From positions 384,001-448,000 of the forward strand of contig CBDCJO010000002.1 in the NCBI GenBank assembly GCA_965217865.1: a DNA stretch of 64,000 bases. Reading direction: 5' to 3'. This DNA comes from Candidatus Latescibacterota bacterium (GTDB lineage: Bacteria > Latescibacterota > UBA2968 > SICM01). Below the pieces are notes generated by a model. That model did no database searches, was not told the origin of the DNA, and saw nothing but the letters and a program-made list of their open reading frames with translations. This document shows positions 18,517-28,087 of this stretch, in pieces. The position numbers and the translations under genes were made by a program. Within the stretch, counting starts at the first letter, position 1. Each line of letters starts with the position of its first letter.

Positions 18517-21192
18517 ATGTCCAAAAAAACGAAACGAATAAAAATGACCGTCGAGAACACAGGCGGAGTTGACCGAAAAGCCTGGCCCATTACCCAGGGC
18601 GTCCCTTTTGCAGAGGGCGATCTTGAGCGTGGGGATCCCGTCCGGATCGTGGACGATTCGGGAAAGCCCCTGCCGACACAGTCCTCCTGCTTGGCCACCT
18701 GGGCGAAGGATTTGAAATACGTGAAATGGCTGCTCGTGGACTTCCAGGCCGACTTGATGGCGGACACGACCGGACATTTCTATCTGGAGGTTGGGCCCGA
18801 TGTCGAACCTACTGCACCGGAGCAGAGGGTCTCTATAGAACGTGAGGATGGACGGATGCGAGTCGACACCGGGGCCCTTCGGCTCGACTTCCGCCTGCCC
18901 ACGCGTCAAAACCAGCCTCCTGTTACTTCATTTCAGCGAGCCAGGGACTTTCTGGCCGGCTGCCAATTGAAGAAGGACGACGGATGGCACGACCTGTTTC
19001 GCGGGAATCCGGGTCCTTTTCTCTATCTGATAGACACCGAGGGTGAAATCTACGATTCCTTCGGCGGGGGGCCTACCCCCCGGGTGACCGCTGAGGACGA
19101 AGGACCGTTGCGGGTGTGTGTATGCGTGAAAGGGGTTCACGCCTCCGAGGGAGGCGTGCATCTCTGTCCGTATACCCTCCGTATACACCTCTACGCGGGC
19201 AAGTCCGATCTCCGGATGTTCCACACCTTCGTGTTCGATCAGGACCCGAATCAACTTCGGTTCTCTGAGGTCGGGATGCGGTTTCCCCTCGAACTCGGGG
19301 ATGGAACTCGGATGGGCTTTGGGGGCCAGGAGAAAGCACACTGGGCCTCCCGCTGGGAGGAAGCTGCTTTTCTCCAGGACTCGGACATATCCTATCAGGT
19401 CACGCGGGACCACGAGCCTTACGGGTCCGGCGAAAAGACCCGCGGATGGGCGACGTTGTGCGGAAGCGATGCGTCCGCTTTCGTCGCCGTTCGGGATCTC
19501 TGGCAGCAGTTTCCCAAGGGATATCGTCTGACCGAAGACGGACTGGACATCCAGTTCTGGCCCGCGGAATACGGAGAGCCCCTCTCCTGTGATACCCCGT
19601 GGAAAGAGCGTCCGGTATACTTCAACGGAACGTTCGGGGACCCCGTACTGACTTCGGAATCCCGGGACGAAGCCCGCTTCAAGGAACTTGTCGATAAGTC
19701 CCCGACCGCAGGGCTCAACCTGAAAAGCCTCACCGCCACCACCCTCGACGACGCACGTTGGATTGAGGAGATGGTCGACAAGCACGCCCCCGGCCGTCCT
19801 GCCTCCACCGCGGACACCGGGACGAACGACGGGACGGGGGCCGCCAAGACACACGAGTTCCTGATCCGTTTTTCACCAGATCCGATCGAAAACGAGGAGG
19901 CCGAAACCCTCGGCTTCTGCGTCCAGAAACCCCTTATCGCTCCCGCAGACCCGGCCTACACGTGCGCCACCCGGGCTGCCCGCGACCTGTTCGGGGGCCC
20001 GGATCCGCGCTTCACCGACCTGGACGCCCTGTTGGACGGCCTCCTGGAGCGACACGCCTTTGAACCCATCTACCGGAGCCGGCTGATGGGATTCTGGCGC
20101 TTCGGCAACATGCCGTGCTCCCACGGTGGCGGATGTGCCCGACTGACCTATGAGCTCCACTACGAGGAAGATCCGGTCCAATCCTTCCGCTTTTGTGACG
20201 CCTCCTACAACAATGAGGCCGACGACCCCTGCTGGGGGATCTGGACGCAATTTCTCCGGACTGGAAATCGTCGCCATTTTCTCCTGGCGAGCGGTCACAG
20301 CCGCGCAATGGGGGATGTGGGGATCTGCCACGCACACCCCACTCGGCCCGAAGCCGTGGGCTTGATGCATTATCACGGGGCCCACTGGTGGGTCGGCTCC
20401 TACAGCCCGTCGCACACCCTGAACACCTCACTATTTCTGCACTACTATCTCACCGGCGACCGGCGTATGCGGGAGATCGCCCTCGAAGCCGCTGACTGGG
20501 GGGTTCACAATCAGGAACCCGCCGGCATCATCACCTGCAGGCGCGGACGCCTGAACCGGGAATTCACCGGTCCGCTGAACTGCCTGATGGAGGCCTATGC
20601 GGCCACATGGGCGCCCAAATACGGAGATCTGGCGAGGCGAAGCCTGAACTGGCTTTTGCGCACTCAGGAGAAGGTGGGAACGTTCCCCATCAGCGTGTTT
20701 ACGCGCGGAGACCGGGGGGACGAGGCCGTGATCGAACCGACCGATCATCCTCTTTCGCACGGAGGCATCATGTATCCGATCTACTATGAAGGCCTCAGGC
20801 ACTTCGACAGCCCCCTCTTGAGGGAGACCATCATCGCCGAGGCCGATCACGTGATCTCCCGCGGAGGCGGCCGACATGTCACGACGGCGTGTGCCCTGGC
20901 CTACGAAATGACCGGGGATCCCATCTACGCGGCCTGTTGCAAGCACAAGGTCGAAAACTACACCGGGGATGCGAGGCGGATGGTGACCGAATTTTCAAAT
21001 TGGTCCGCGATCCGAAACGGCTACGTCTCCGTCCTGAAGGCAACGGTCGCCCGCGCGATGGACCGGGATCCCAAGGGAATGGCTGATGCGGAAAAACGGT
21101 TGATGGCGGCGTTCAAACCGCCCGAAACCGAACGATCCCGGGAAGATTTGGTAGAAAAGAGCCTGGGAATACCGGAGGGTTATGACGCGTGA
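18517..21192 (+). CDS. Exo-rhamnogalacturonan-lyase-like (PcRGLX/YetA-type RIFT barrel + alpha/alpha barrel) protein
   Basis: GGAGG RBS. N-terminal PITQGVPFAEGDL...KWLLVDFQAD; GAAKTHE; YNNE...W.QFLRTG; HYYLTGD. Confidence 0.6.
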   Translation: MSKKTKRIKMTVENTGGVDRKAWPITQGVPFAEGDLERGDPVRIVDDSGKPLPTQSSCLATWAKDLKYVKWLLVDFQADLMADTTGHFYLEVGPDVEPTAPEQRVSIEREDGRMRVDTGALRLDFRLPTRQNQPPVTSFQRARDFLAGCQLKKDDGWHDLFRGNPGPFLYLIDTEGEIYDSFGGGPTPRVTAEDEGPLRVCVCVKGVHASEGGVHLCPYTLRIHLYAGKSDLRMFHTFVFDQDPNQLRFSEVGMRFPLELGDGTRMGFGGQEKAHWASRWEEAAFLQDSDISYQVTRDHEPYGSGEKTRGWATLCGSDASAFVAVRDLWQQFPKGYRLTEDGLDIQFWPAEYGEPLSCDTPWKERPVYFNGTFGDPVLTSESRDEARFKELVDKSPTAGLNLKSLTATTLDDARWIEEMVDKHAPGRPASTADTGTNDGTGAAKTHEFLIRFSPDPIENEEAETLGFCVQKPLIAPADPAYTCATRAARDLFGGPDPRFTDLDALLDGLLERHAFEPIYRSRLMGFWRFGNMPCSHGGGCARLTYELHYEEDPVQSFRFCDASYNNEADDPCWGIWTQFLRTGNRRHFLLASGHSRAMGDVGICHAHPTRPEAVGLMHYHGAHWWVGSYSPSHTLNTSLFLHYYLTGDRRMREIALEAADWGVHNQEPAGIITCRRGRLNREFTGPLNCLMEAYAATWAPKYGDLARRSLNWLLRTQEKVGTFPISVFTRGDRGDEAVIEPTDHPLSHGGIMYPIYYEGLRHFDSPLLRETIIAEADHVISRGGGRHVTTACALAYEMTGDPIYAACCKHKVENYTGDARRMVTEFSNWSAIRNGYVSVLKATVARAMDRDPKGMADAEKRLMAAFKPPETERSREDLVEKSLGIPEGYDA

Positions 21193-21311
21193 ATCGCTGG
21201 GCGCGACGCGTTTTCTCTTCGTCTAATAGACAATTCAAACCAAATATTCACTACCGGACACTTTTTAAAGATACAATCAGATGAAGGGAATCCTATTCAT
21301 CATAGAGATAG

Positions 21312-21346
21312 AAAAAGGCCCCGGCAAATGATCCTCCGGGGCCTTT
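21312..21346 (-). terminator. Intrinsic terminator between convergent genes
   Basis: GGCCCCGG/CCGGGGCC 8-bp stem with a U5 tract on the minus strand. Confidence 0.7.
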
Positions 21347-21379
21347 AGAATAAGGGTTTGCTTTCTGTTATCGGAAGGC

Positions 21380-21570
21380 CTACTTCACCAGAATCATCTT
21401 CCGGACTGCCACCTCCGTTCCGGCTACCAGGCGATACAGGTACACACCGCTGGTCACTTGATACCCCGAGGCGTCACGGCCGTCCCAGCGCACCTGGTAT
21501 TGACCCGCAGCCTGCGAACCGTTCACCAGCACCCGCACCTGCTTGCCCAGCAGGTTGTAAATCACCCAGA
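21380..21570 (-). pseudogene. Orphan FlgD-Ig/T9SS-like C-terminal sorting-domain fragment
   Basis: IYNLLGKQVRVLV...WDGRDASG..V.SGVYLYRL...RKMILVK, paralogous to the tail of the adjacent gene. Confidence 0.75.
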
Positions 21571-21634
21571 GGTCGGGGGCCAGAGACCGGGGCCAGGTCC
21601 CTATCTCCGACCCCTGGCCTTTGCCCCTGTTTCC

Positions 21635-24600
21635 CTATTTGATAAACACCATCTTCCGCAGCGCCACGCTCGTTCCCGCCTCCAACCGATACACATAGAC
21701 TCCTGTCGACACCGAACGGCCTGACGCATCCCGGCCGTCCCAGCGGGTGTTGTACCTGCCTGCCGATTGGGGAGCGTTAATCAGAACGCGGACCTCCTGG
21801 CCCTGTAGGCTATAGATGACCAGCCGTACGTCAGCGGCCTCGGGGACCGCGTATTGGATGGTTGTCTCGGGGTTGAAGGGGTTGGGGAAGTTCTGATCCA
21901 GCTTGAAGGACAGGGGCTCGTTCGAATCCAGTGCGAAACGAACATCCGGAGATCCGCTCAACGGATCCAGACCGCCGCCAAACCTATTTCCTCCCCGCGT
22001 ACTGTTCTTGGCCAACTTCGCGTGTTTGCCCTTCCCCTTTTTGGGCACCGGAACATCCAGAATATCGGAGACGTTTCCGGAGGCGTCCGTGGCAAACGCA
22101 CGCAGGGTGAGACCCGGACCGGAGGCGGAAATCAGGTTTCCATTCGCGTCAAAGACAAACTTCCACGTCCCCCCGCCGCTGCCCCCGTCGTCGTCATCAT
22201 CGTCATTACCCCCACCCTTTACGACCAGCTTCACCTTCTGTCCATCGATAACCGCAAAGCCGCCTTTCAAGATCGCTGCATCAAGCAGATCTTCCAGGAA
22301 CTGTTGATCCGGTCCCTTGAGGGTTACCTTTGTCTTCTTTTTGCCGATCTTGATCTGGATCTCGTTCTTGACGGCTCCACCGCCGTCATCATCGTCATCG
22401 TCTCCACCGCCTTTATTCTTCTTGAATTTCAACTTGAACTGATCGGTTGGGCCAAGAGGCTGGACGATGCAAGCAGTTTCCACTGGATCCGGATCGCACA
22501 GGTCGGTCCCCAAAACGGACACCATAAAGAGGTTTCCGCTTCCGCCATCGTCGTCGTCATCATCCCCCGAACCTCCCACCCGCATGAGTGCGGCCTCGAT
22601 TTCAGGCGGTGTGGTGTCCTCAATCGTGACGTTCTGGGTCGCCGTTGAGGTGTTGCCGGTGGCGTCTTCCGCGGTCCAGGTCACCACCGTCGTGCCCAGG
22701 AAGAAGGTGCCGGGTGCGTCGTTGGTGACGGTGGGAGAAGGGTCACAGTTATCTATAGCCGTGGCAATACCGATGCTCACGGCCTGCCCACTCGGGCCGG
22801 TGCATTCCACAACGAGGTCCGCAGGCACAGTCACGGCCGGGCCTGTGATGTCCTCGACGACGATACTCTGTGTTTGTGTGGTGGTGTTGCCGTTGCCGTC
22901 GTCAAAGGTCCAGGTCACGACCGACGTCCCCTGAGTTGTGCGGGTCAAGGCGTCGGTTGTGGTCCCGGTGATTGTCCCGGCGCAGTTGTCGGTGGCCGTA
23001 GGGGCCGAGCTGATCGTGGCCGAGCACTCTCCTGTGGCATCCGGCAGAGGCACTGTAGCCGGAACCGGTGCAGTGACGTCATCTACGACGATGTTCTGCG
23101 TCTGTGTCGTGGTGTTGCCGTTGCCGTCGTCAAAGGTCCAAGTCACGACGGATGTGCCCTGAGTCGTGCGGGTCAAGGCGTCCGTTGTGGTCCCTGTGAT
23201 GGCCCCCGCGTAGTTGTCCGTCGATGTCGGCGACCCGCTGATCGTGGCTGAGCATTGACCTGTGACATCTGCCAGAGTCGCAACATCCGGAACCGGCGCT
23301 ATGGTGTCATCCACGACGATGTTCTGTGTCTGGGTCGAGGTGTTGCCGTTACCGTCGTCGTAGGTCCAGGTCACCAACGACGTCCCTTGAGTTGTGCGGG
23401 TCAACGCGTCCGTTGTGGTCCCTGTGATTGCTCCGGCGCAGATGTCCGTGGCCGTGGGCGGTCCGCTGATTGTGGCTGAGCATTCACCTGTGGCATCCGG
23501 CAGGGACGCCAGATCGGGAACCGGATCTGTGGTGTCAACGACGTTCACGAGCACCTGATCGGTATCCGTCGCGGTGCCGTCGCTCACCTCCAGATCGATC
23601 GTGTGGTTGCCGAGGGAGAGGCTCACAATCTCAATCGGGATAGAGGTGGTAGTGGTGGGCCCGGCAAGAACCGTTGTGCCCTCCCGCCAGGTGTAGGTAA
23701 GCGGGTCATTGTCCGGATCGAAGGACCCTGAGCCGTCAAGGGACACGGATGCGCCGGAAGGAGATGTGCACTCCACCGCATTGGGACCGGTTTGGTCCGG
23801 CCCGGCGTCGCGGCCACAGGCGGCTGGTTGGTTGGCGCCGGTCCATTGACGATGACATTGTCTATGACTGCGGCAAAGTAGCTATCGTCCTGGCCGGCAA
23901 AGGTGATTGTGCTCGTGGGGCCGGTCGCCACGAAGCAGAACGAACGCGTCTCATAGGGCACGCTTTGCCAGTGGCTTCCATCATTCTCGAATGTGAACTC
24001 CTGGGAGAAGTCACCGGCACTCACCAGAACCGTCTTCGTGATAGGGTTATAGAGTGAGGTTGGGAAGTAATTGCCCGACATGCTGAAAACCACCGTGTAG
24101 GTTTCTCCCACAACGGTAGAGAAGGACTGGCTGATTGTGGAAAGCCTATCCAACTCGACGTTCTTGTCCCCGTCTGCTGAACTCCAGCCTCCCAGGGGGG
24201 AATTGATCCAATTCACACCCTCGGCGGGGTAGGGCCCATCGACTGTCCAGGCTGTCATGTGGGTCTCGCCAGGGTGAACCCACTGCCACCATCCAGCTTC
24301 AGCGCCATCGTAGGCGCCACCTTCAAAGCTGCCATTGGTGAGCCGGTTCGGGCCGCTCAGCGACGGCGGAGACAAGACGAGGTTACTGAAGGTCGTTCCG
24401 ACGATACTGTTTCCGAAGAAGATGTGGCTGTTGCTCCCGTCGAGGGTCCCGAGGGCGAGATCGCTCACGTGCCAGGTCTTACTGCCCCCCCCGACGATGG
24501 AGAGCGTCACGTCATCGCCGCACTTCTCGATGCGGAACGTCGTTCCCGCCGGAGTGTACGTCCCGATATCAGCGAGGTTGTGTGGCCCCCAACTCGGGGT

Positions 24601-25041
24601 CGCGGTGCCAGAGTGGTAAGCCGCCTGGACGACGTGGGTGGCCCCGGAGTGAATCCTGAAATAGATCGAGTTCGTCGGCTCGTCGAAGTAACCCGGGTTG
24701 GCCACTCCCTGTCCGAAGCCGATGTAGATGAGATCGTTCCCGCCGACGCTCGTTTTCACGGTCAGCTCGGCGACGAAGGCGGTGTTCAGAAACCCGCCCG
24801 ACAACGTCTTGACCATGGGCCGGTCGATGGGAAAGGATCCATGTCCATTGGTCATGTCCGACGTGGTCCGGGCAAGGCCGGGGGAAAGTCCGAGAGGTTG
24901 GTAGGTGTAGTCCCCATCAATGGTCCCCAAGTGGGGGCTGCTGGGGCCGGTCAGCGGGTCGGTGAAGTACGTATCGTCGGCAATCGCCGGAGCTGTCGCA
25001 GTAAGGAGCAGACCGAGAACAACGGCAAATTTCAGTTTCAT
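21635..25041 (-). pseudogene. Large secreted surface protein (signal peptide, DUF642-like domain, PKD, three HYR-like repeats, poly-Asp domain, FlgD-Ig tail), frameshifted at ~23811
   Basis: ORFs 23623-25041 and 21635-23776 join as NQPPVA-DAGPDQ if 2 nt (GC) are removed. Repeats have a 228-nt period (22931/23159/23387). QNFPNPFNPETTI tail. Confidence 0.8.
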
Positions 25042-25386
25042 CTATGTATTCTCCCTTCTTGGGTGTTGGAGAGGAGCAGACTTACAAGTCTTGAACCACT
25101 GGATGGTGCTGCTCTGTTGGCACGTTCGCATAGGCTACAGAGAAAAAGCCAAACCGTGAAGCTCGATAGAAACGGGTGGATACCATATATTGTGTTCAAG
25201 CAGCCGCTTCCCGATGGGCTGCCGCGTCTGCAGGCCTTCACAACGATGGGGGTTCAGTAATCTTCATCCACTCCCTCCACTTATTCTGAACTTTCATTGG
25301 CCTCTTCCCGACGTGAATACACAAAAACGAAGAATCAGCTGGCACAATGCCGTCCGATGCAGGCTCTGAACTCAGACGGAGCAAAC

Positions 25387-25498
25387 AAAAAAGGCTCAAG
25401 ATCTTGCTGAGGAATCCTGAAATAGCAATTCATCAACAGACCGTTGAGCCCTGACCTTCAACGGTGCCAAATATCCAGCATCTCCCCCGATAGAGATG
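25387..25498 (-). promoter_or_regulatory. Structured 5' leader with an intrinsic terminator and an overlapping alternative hairpin (attenuator-like)
   Basis: Long hairpin GGCTCAA...TTGAGCC + U6. Competing stem ACCGTTGA/TCAACGGT. 5' hairpin CATCTC/GAGATG. Confidence 0.65.
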
Positions 25499-25516
25499 TC
25501 TCAATTTATCGCATCA

Positions 25517-25546
25517 ATTATACAACCATTTTCGCCACTTTGTCAA
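25517..25546 (-). promoter_or_regulatory. Sigma70-type promoter TTGACA-N18-TATAAT
   Basis: Perfect consensus hexamers on the minus strand, pointing into the leader and the secreted-protein gene. Confidence 0.75.
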
Positions 25547-25598
25547 GCAAAATTTTCGATGCGGAAAATACCAACACCAGGACGAGAAATGTAGCAGG

Positions 25599-25740
25599 CT
25601 GATAATCTGGACAGTTTCTGGTGACGTGCGCTCATAGTATACTCTATATCCACGTAATATAAAGAAGGAGGATACAATGAGCGACAACCACCGCCAATTC
25701 CGGAGCATTCGCAAAGCTCTCAACCAGTTTTGCAGACGCC
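25599..25740 (+). mobile_element. Probable IS4-like left-end remnant with transposase start
   Basis: AAGGAGG RBS + MSDNHRQFRSIRKALNQF, which breaks off into heptamer repeats. Confidence 0.4.
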
Positions 25741-25896
25741 GAGGCCGGTGTCCCTGCCGTCTAATTTTGCACTTTCCATTTTGCATTTTGTCACCTTCCA
25801 TTTTCTTTTTGCCCTTGACATTTCCTTTCAAAATGCATTACCCTACTGACCGATATCCCGCTAGAATGCAGTCAGGTTATGGGGTTAAAGCCCAGG

Positions 25897-26715
25897 ATGA
25901 GCGAAAAAAGACTAAAGGGTCAGGTCGCCTGGATCACAGGCACGGCTTCCGGGATCGGACAGGGAATAGCCGAGCTGTTCGGGGAGGAGGGCGCCAAATG
26001 CGCGCTAATCGACCAGAATGCCGATGGGGGCGCTAAGGTCGCCGAGGATATCGAACGAAAGGGCGGAGAGACCTTTTTTCAACCGTGCGACGTCGCGGAT
26101 GAGGCGCAGGTTCGGGACACGATCGAGGCCGCAGTAGATAGGTTCGGAGGGCTGCAGATCCTCGTCAACTGCGCTGGGATCGGCCATTACAAACTTCTGC
26201 ACGAATACGGCGAGGACGAGTGGGACCGATTGATGGACGTCAATGTCAAGTCGATCTTTTTGTCTGTGAAGCACGGCGTCCCCCACCTTCTAAAGAACAA
26301 GCGGAGCTACGTCGTCAACATCGGCTCCGTAGGCAGTTTTACCGGCCAGTATCACACGCCGTCCTACATCACGTCGAAGGGGGCCGTCCTCCAGCTCACG
26401 AGGTCGATCGCGCTGGACTATGCTGCTCGTGGATTGCGTTCCAACTGCGTATGCCCAGGAATCACCGAGACGCCTTCCTTCAGACATCATCTCACGACCA
26501 CGCCTGACCCTCGGGCCACACGAGCCAAGCGGCTAAGCCGCGTGCCAATGGGCGTCGCTATGCAGCCCAGGGACATCGCAAAAGCGGTGCGATATCTTTC
26601 CTGCGAGGATTCCTCAGGGGTCACCGGGACGTCCCTGATCGTGGACGGCGGGTATATCGCCACCGCTGAATGGGAGACCGAGGGAAAAACGGCATTCGCG
26701 GATTCGCCCGATTGA
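25897..26715 (+). CDS. Short-chain dehydrogenase/reductase (SDR)
   Basis: TGTASGIG, NCAG, S...YITSK catalytic motif, CPG, VDGG. Confidence 0.92.
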   Translation: MSEKRLKGQVAWITGTASGIGQGIAELFGEEGAKCALIDQNADGGAKVAEDIERKGGETFFQPCDVADEAQVRDTIEAAVDRFGGLQILVNCAGIGHYKLLHEYGEDEWDRLMDVNVKSIFLSVKHGVPHLLKNKRSYVVNIGSVGSFTGQYHTPSYITSKGAVLQLTRSIALDYAARGLRSNCVCPGITETPSFRHHLTTTPDPRATRAKRLSRVPMGVAMQPRDIAKAVRYLSCEDSSGVTGTSLIVDGGYIATAEWETEGKTAFADSPD

Positions 26716-26754
26716 GGTTTTTCCCTTTACCCGGCTGGAAGGAACTCTTGAATT

Positions 26755-27570
26755 ATGAAAACAGCGGCCATTGCAACCTTTCGCCAACACCTGAAGGATG
26801 ATCAGCCCGTTTACGGCATGTGGGTCACCCTGGAATCCGCAAGCATTACCGAGATGGGCGTGGCAGCCGGGTTGGACTGGGTGGTGATCGATGCGGAACA
26901 CGGTCACCTGGACTGGGGGGACATCGTCGACCACGTTCGAGCGGCCGTGCGAAGCGATACGGTCGTCCTGGTGCGCATTGCCGAGCTCGGACGAGGCCTG
27001 ATCAAGCGTGTTTTGGATATCGGTGCAGACGGGGTGATCGTGCCGTGGATCGAGACCGTCGATCAGTTGGAACGCGCGGTGGCTTATGCGACCTATCCTC
27101 CGAAGGGGCAACGTGGTATCGGAGGAGAACGCGCGACTGGTTGGGGCGGTTGCCTTGTGGAGCACGTTGGAGAGGCCGACGAGCACGTGCTCGTGGTGCC
27201 GATGATAGAATCAATCGAGGCCGGGAAGAACATCGAGGGGCTTTGCGAGGTTTCAGGCGTCGATGTCTTCTTTTTGGGGCCTAACGACTATTCTTCCACG
27301 GCCGGCTTCGCCGGGCAGTGGGAGGGACCCGGGGTGGCTGAAGAATTGGTGGCCATAAAGGATACCGTCCGGCGCCACGGCAAACAATGCGGGGTGGTTA
27401 CCACCGGTCATGACGATCTGGTCAAACGGCGTGAACAGGGATTCGGGATGCTGGGCCTGGGCTCGGACGCCGGGCTTCTGCTCCGGAGCCTTACGAATTC
27501 CTTGACCCCGATAGGCCGGAGTTTTCAAATACAAACCAGCTTCACACCGAACAATCGGGAAGGACAATAA
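26755..27570 (+). CDS. HpcH/HpaI family aldolase (2-keto-3-deoxy sugar-acid aldolase)
   Basis: DWVVIDAEHG, RVLDIGADGVIVP, YPPKGQRG, MIES, FLGPND. Confidence 0.9.
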   Translation: MKTAAIATFRQHLKDDQPVYGMWVTLESASITEMGVAAGLDWVVIDAEHGHLDWGDIVDHVRAAVRSDTVVLVRIAELGRGLIKRVLDIGADGVIVPWIETVDQLERAVAYATYPPKGQRGIGGERATGWGGCLVEHVGEADEHVLVVPMIESIEAGKNIEGLCEVSGVDVFFLGPNDYSSTAGFAGQWEGPGVAEELVAIKDTVRRHGKQCGVVTTGHDDLVKRREQGFGMLGLGSDAGLLLRSLTNSLTPIGRSFQIQTSFTPNNREGQ

Positions 27571-27882
27571 AAGCCACTGTACGGTTATGACAGCTATTAA
27601 TGAAGCATCGTCCATACGATCCGGAATTGTTTGCAAGGTAGTTGCTAAAGTCAAACTGTACTTTCAGTACATAAATCATATTATCGGTTTTTGGGCGCGA
27701 CGCTGTCCCTCCTTATTAACCTTCCACCCAAAGCACGGTAAAGCCACGAGCCCTCTCGGGACCACACAAAATCCTGATTGCCATCTTACACTTCGGCTTC
27801 GGCGCGCCCAGCCTCCGCGGCGTTTGAGCGGCATCCTTCTTTTTCTGCCCTTTTTCTTAAGGGCAGGGGGTTGCGAGCAAGA

Positions 27883-28046
27883 GAGCAACCGGTGGGGTGG
27901 TAGGAAGAAAAAGTGCGAACTTAGGTGTTAACTAAGAAAAAGGCGAACTTGGGGGAGGGGTTGGGAGCAAACGAAATGACTCTCGACTAATATCCGGACA
28001 TCCTTCACAGGCAAGCGGTGTAAAATGCAAAGCCAATTCTTTACAC
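27883..28046 (+). repeat. Conserved upstream element, copy A (copy B at 45406-45524)
   Basis: Shared GGCGA.CTTGG.GGAGGGGTTGG.A.CAAAC.A.ATGACTCTCGACT and AATGCAA.GC.AATTCTTT(T)ACAC blocks. Confidence 0.65.
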
Positions 28047-28087
28047 GTCAATAGTGTCAGAACCGACCTTTAATCAGGAGAAGAAAG

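Noticed and set aside
21210-21240. GTTTTCTCTTCGTCTAATAGACAATTCAAAC resembles a CRISPR repeat (GTTT...ATTGAAAC) and recurs at ~45210
   Set aside because: Only two copies 24 kb apart, no regular spacing, and the downstream bases (CAAATAT) are also shared, unlike spacers.
22860-23550. 228-nt periodic repeats as an array or DGR template/variable repeats
   Set aside because: They are in-frame HYR-like protein domains; no reverse transcriptase is present and no adenine-specific pattern was evident.
25239-25268. Short RBS-preceded uORF MKITEPPSL on the minus strand as a leader peptide
   Set aside because: It lies downstream of the terminator, so it cannot drive classical attenuation; no telling codon run.
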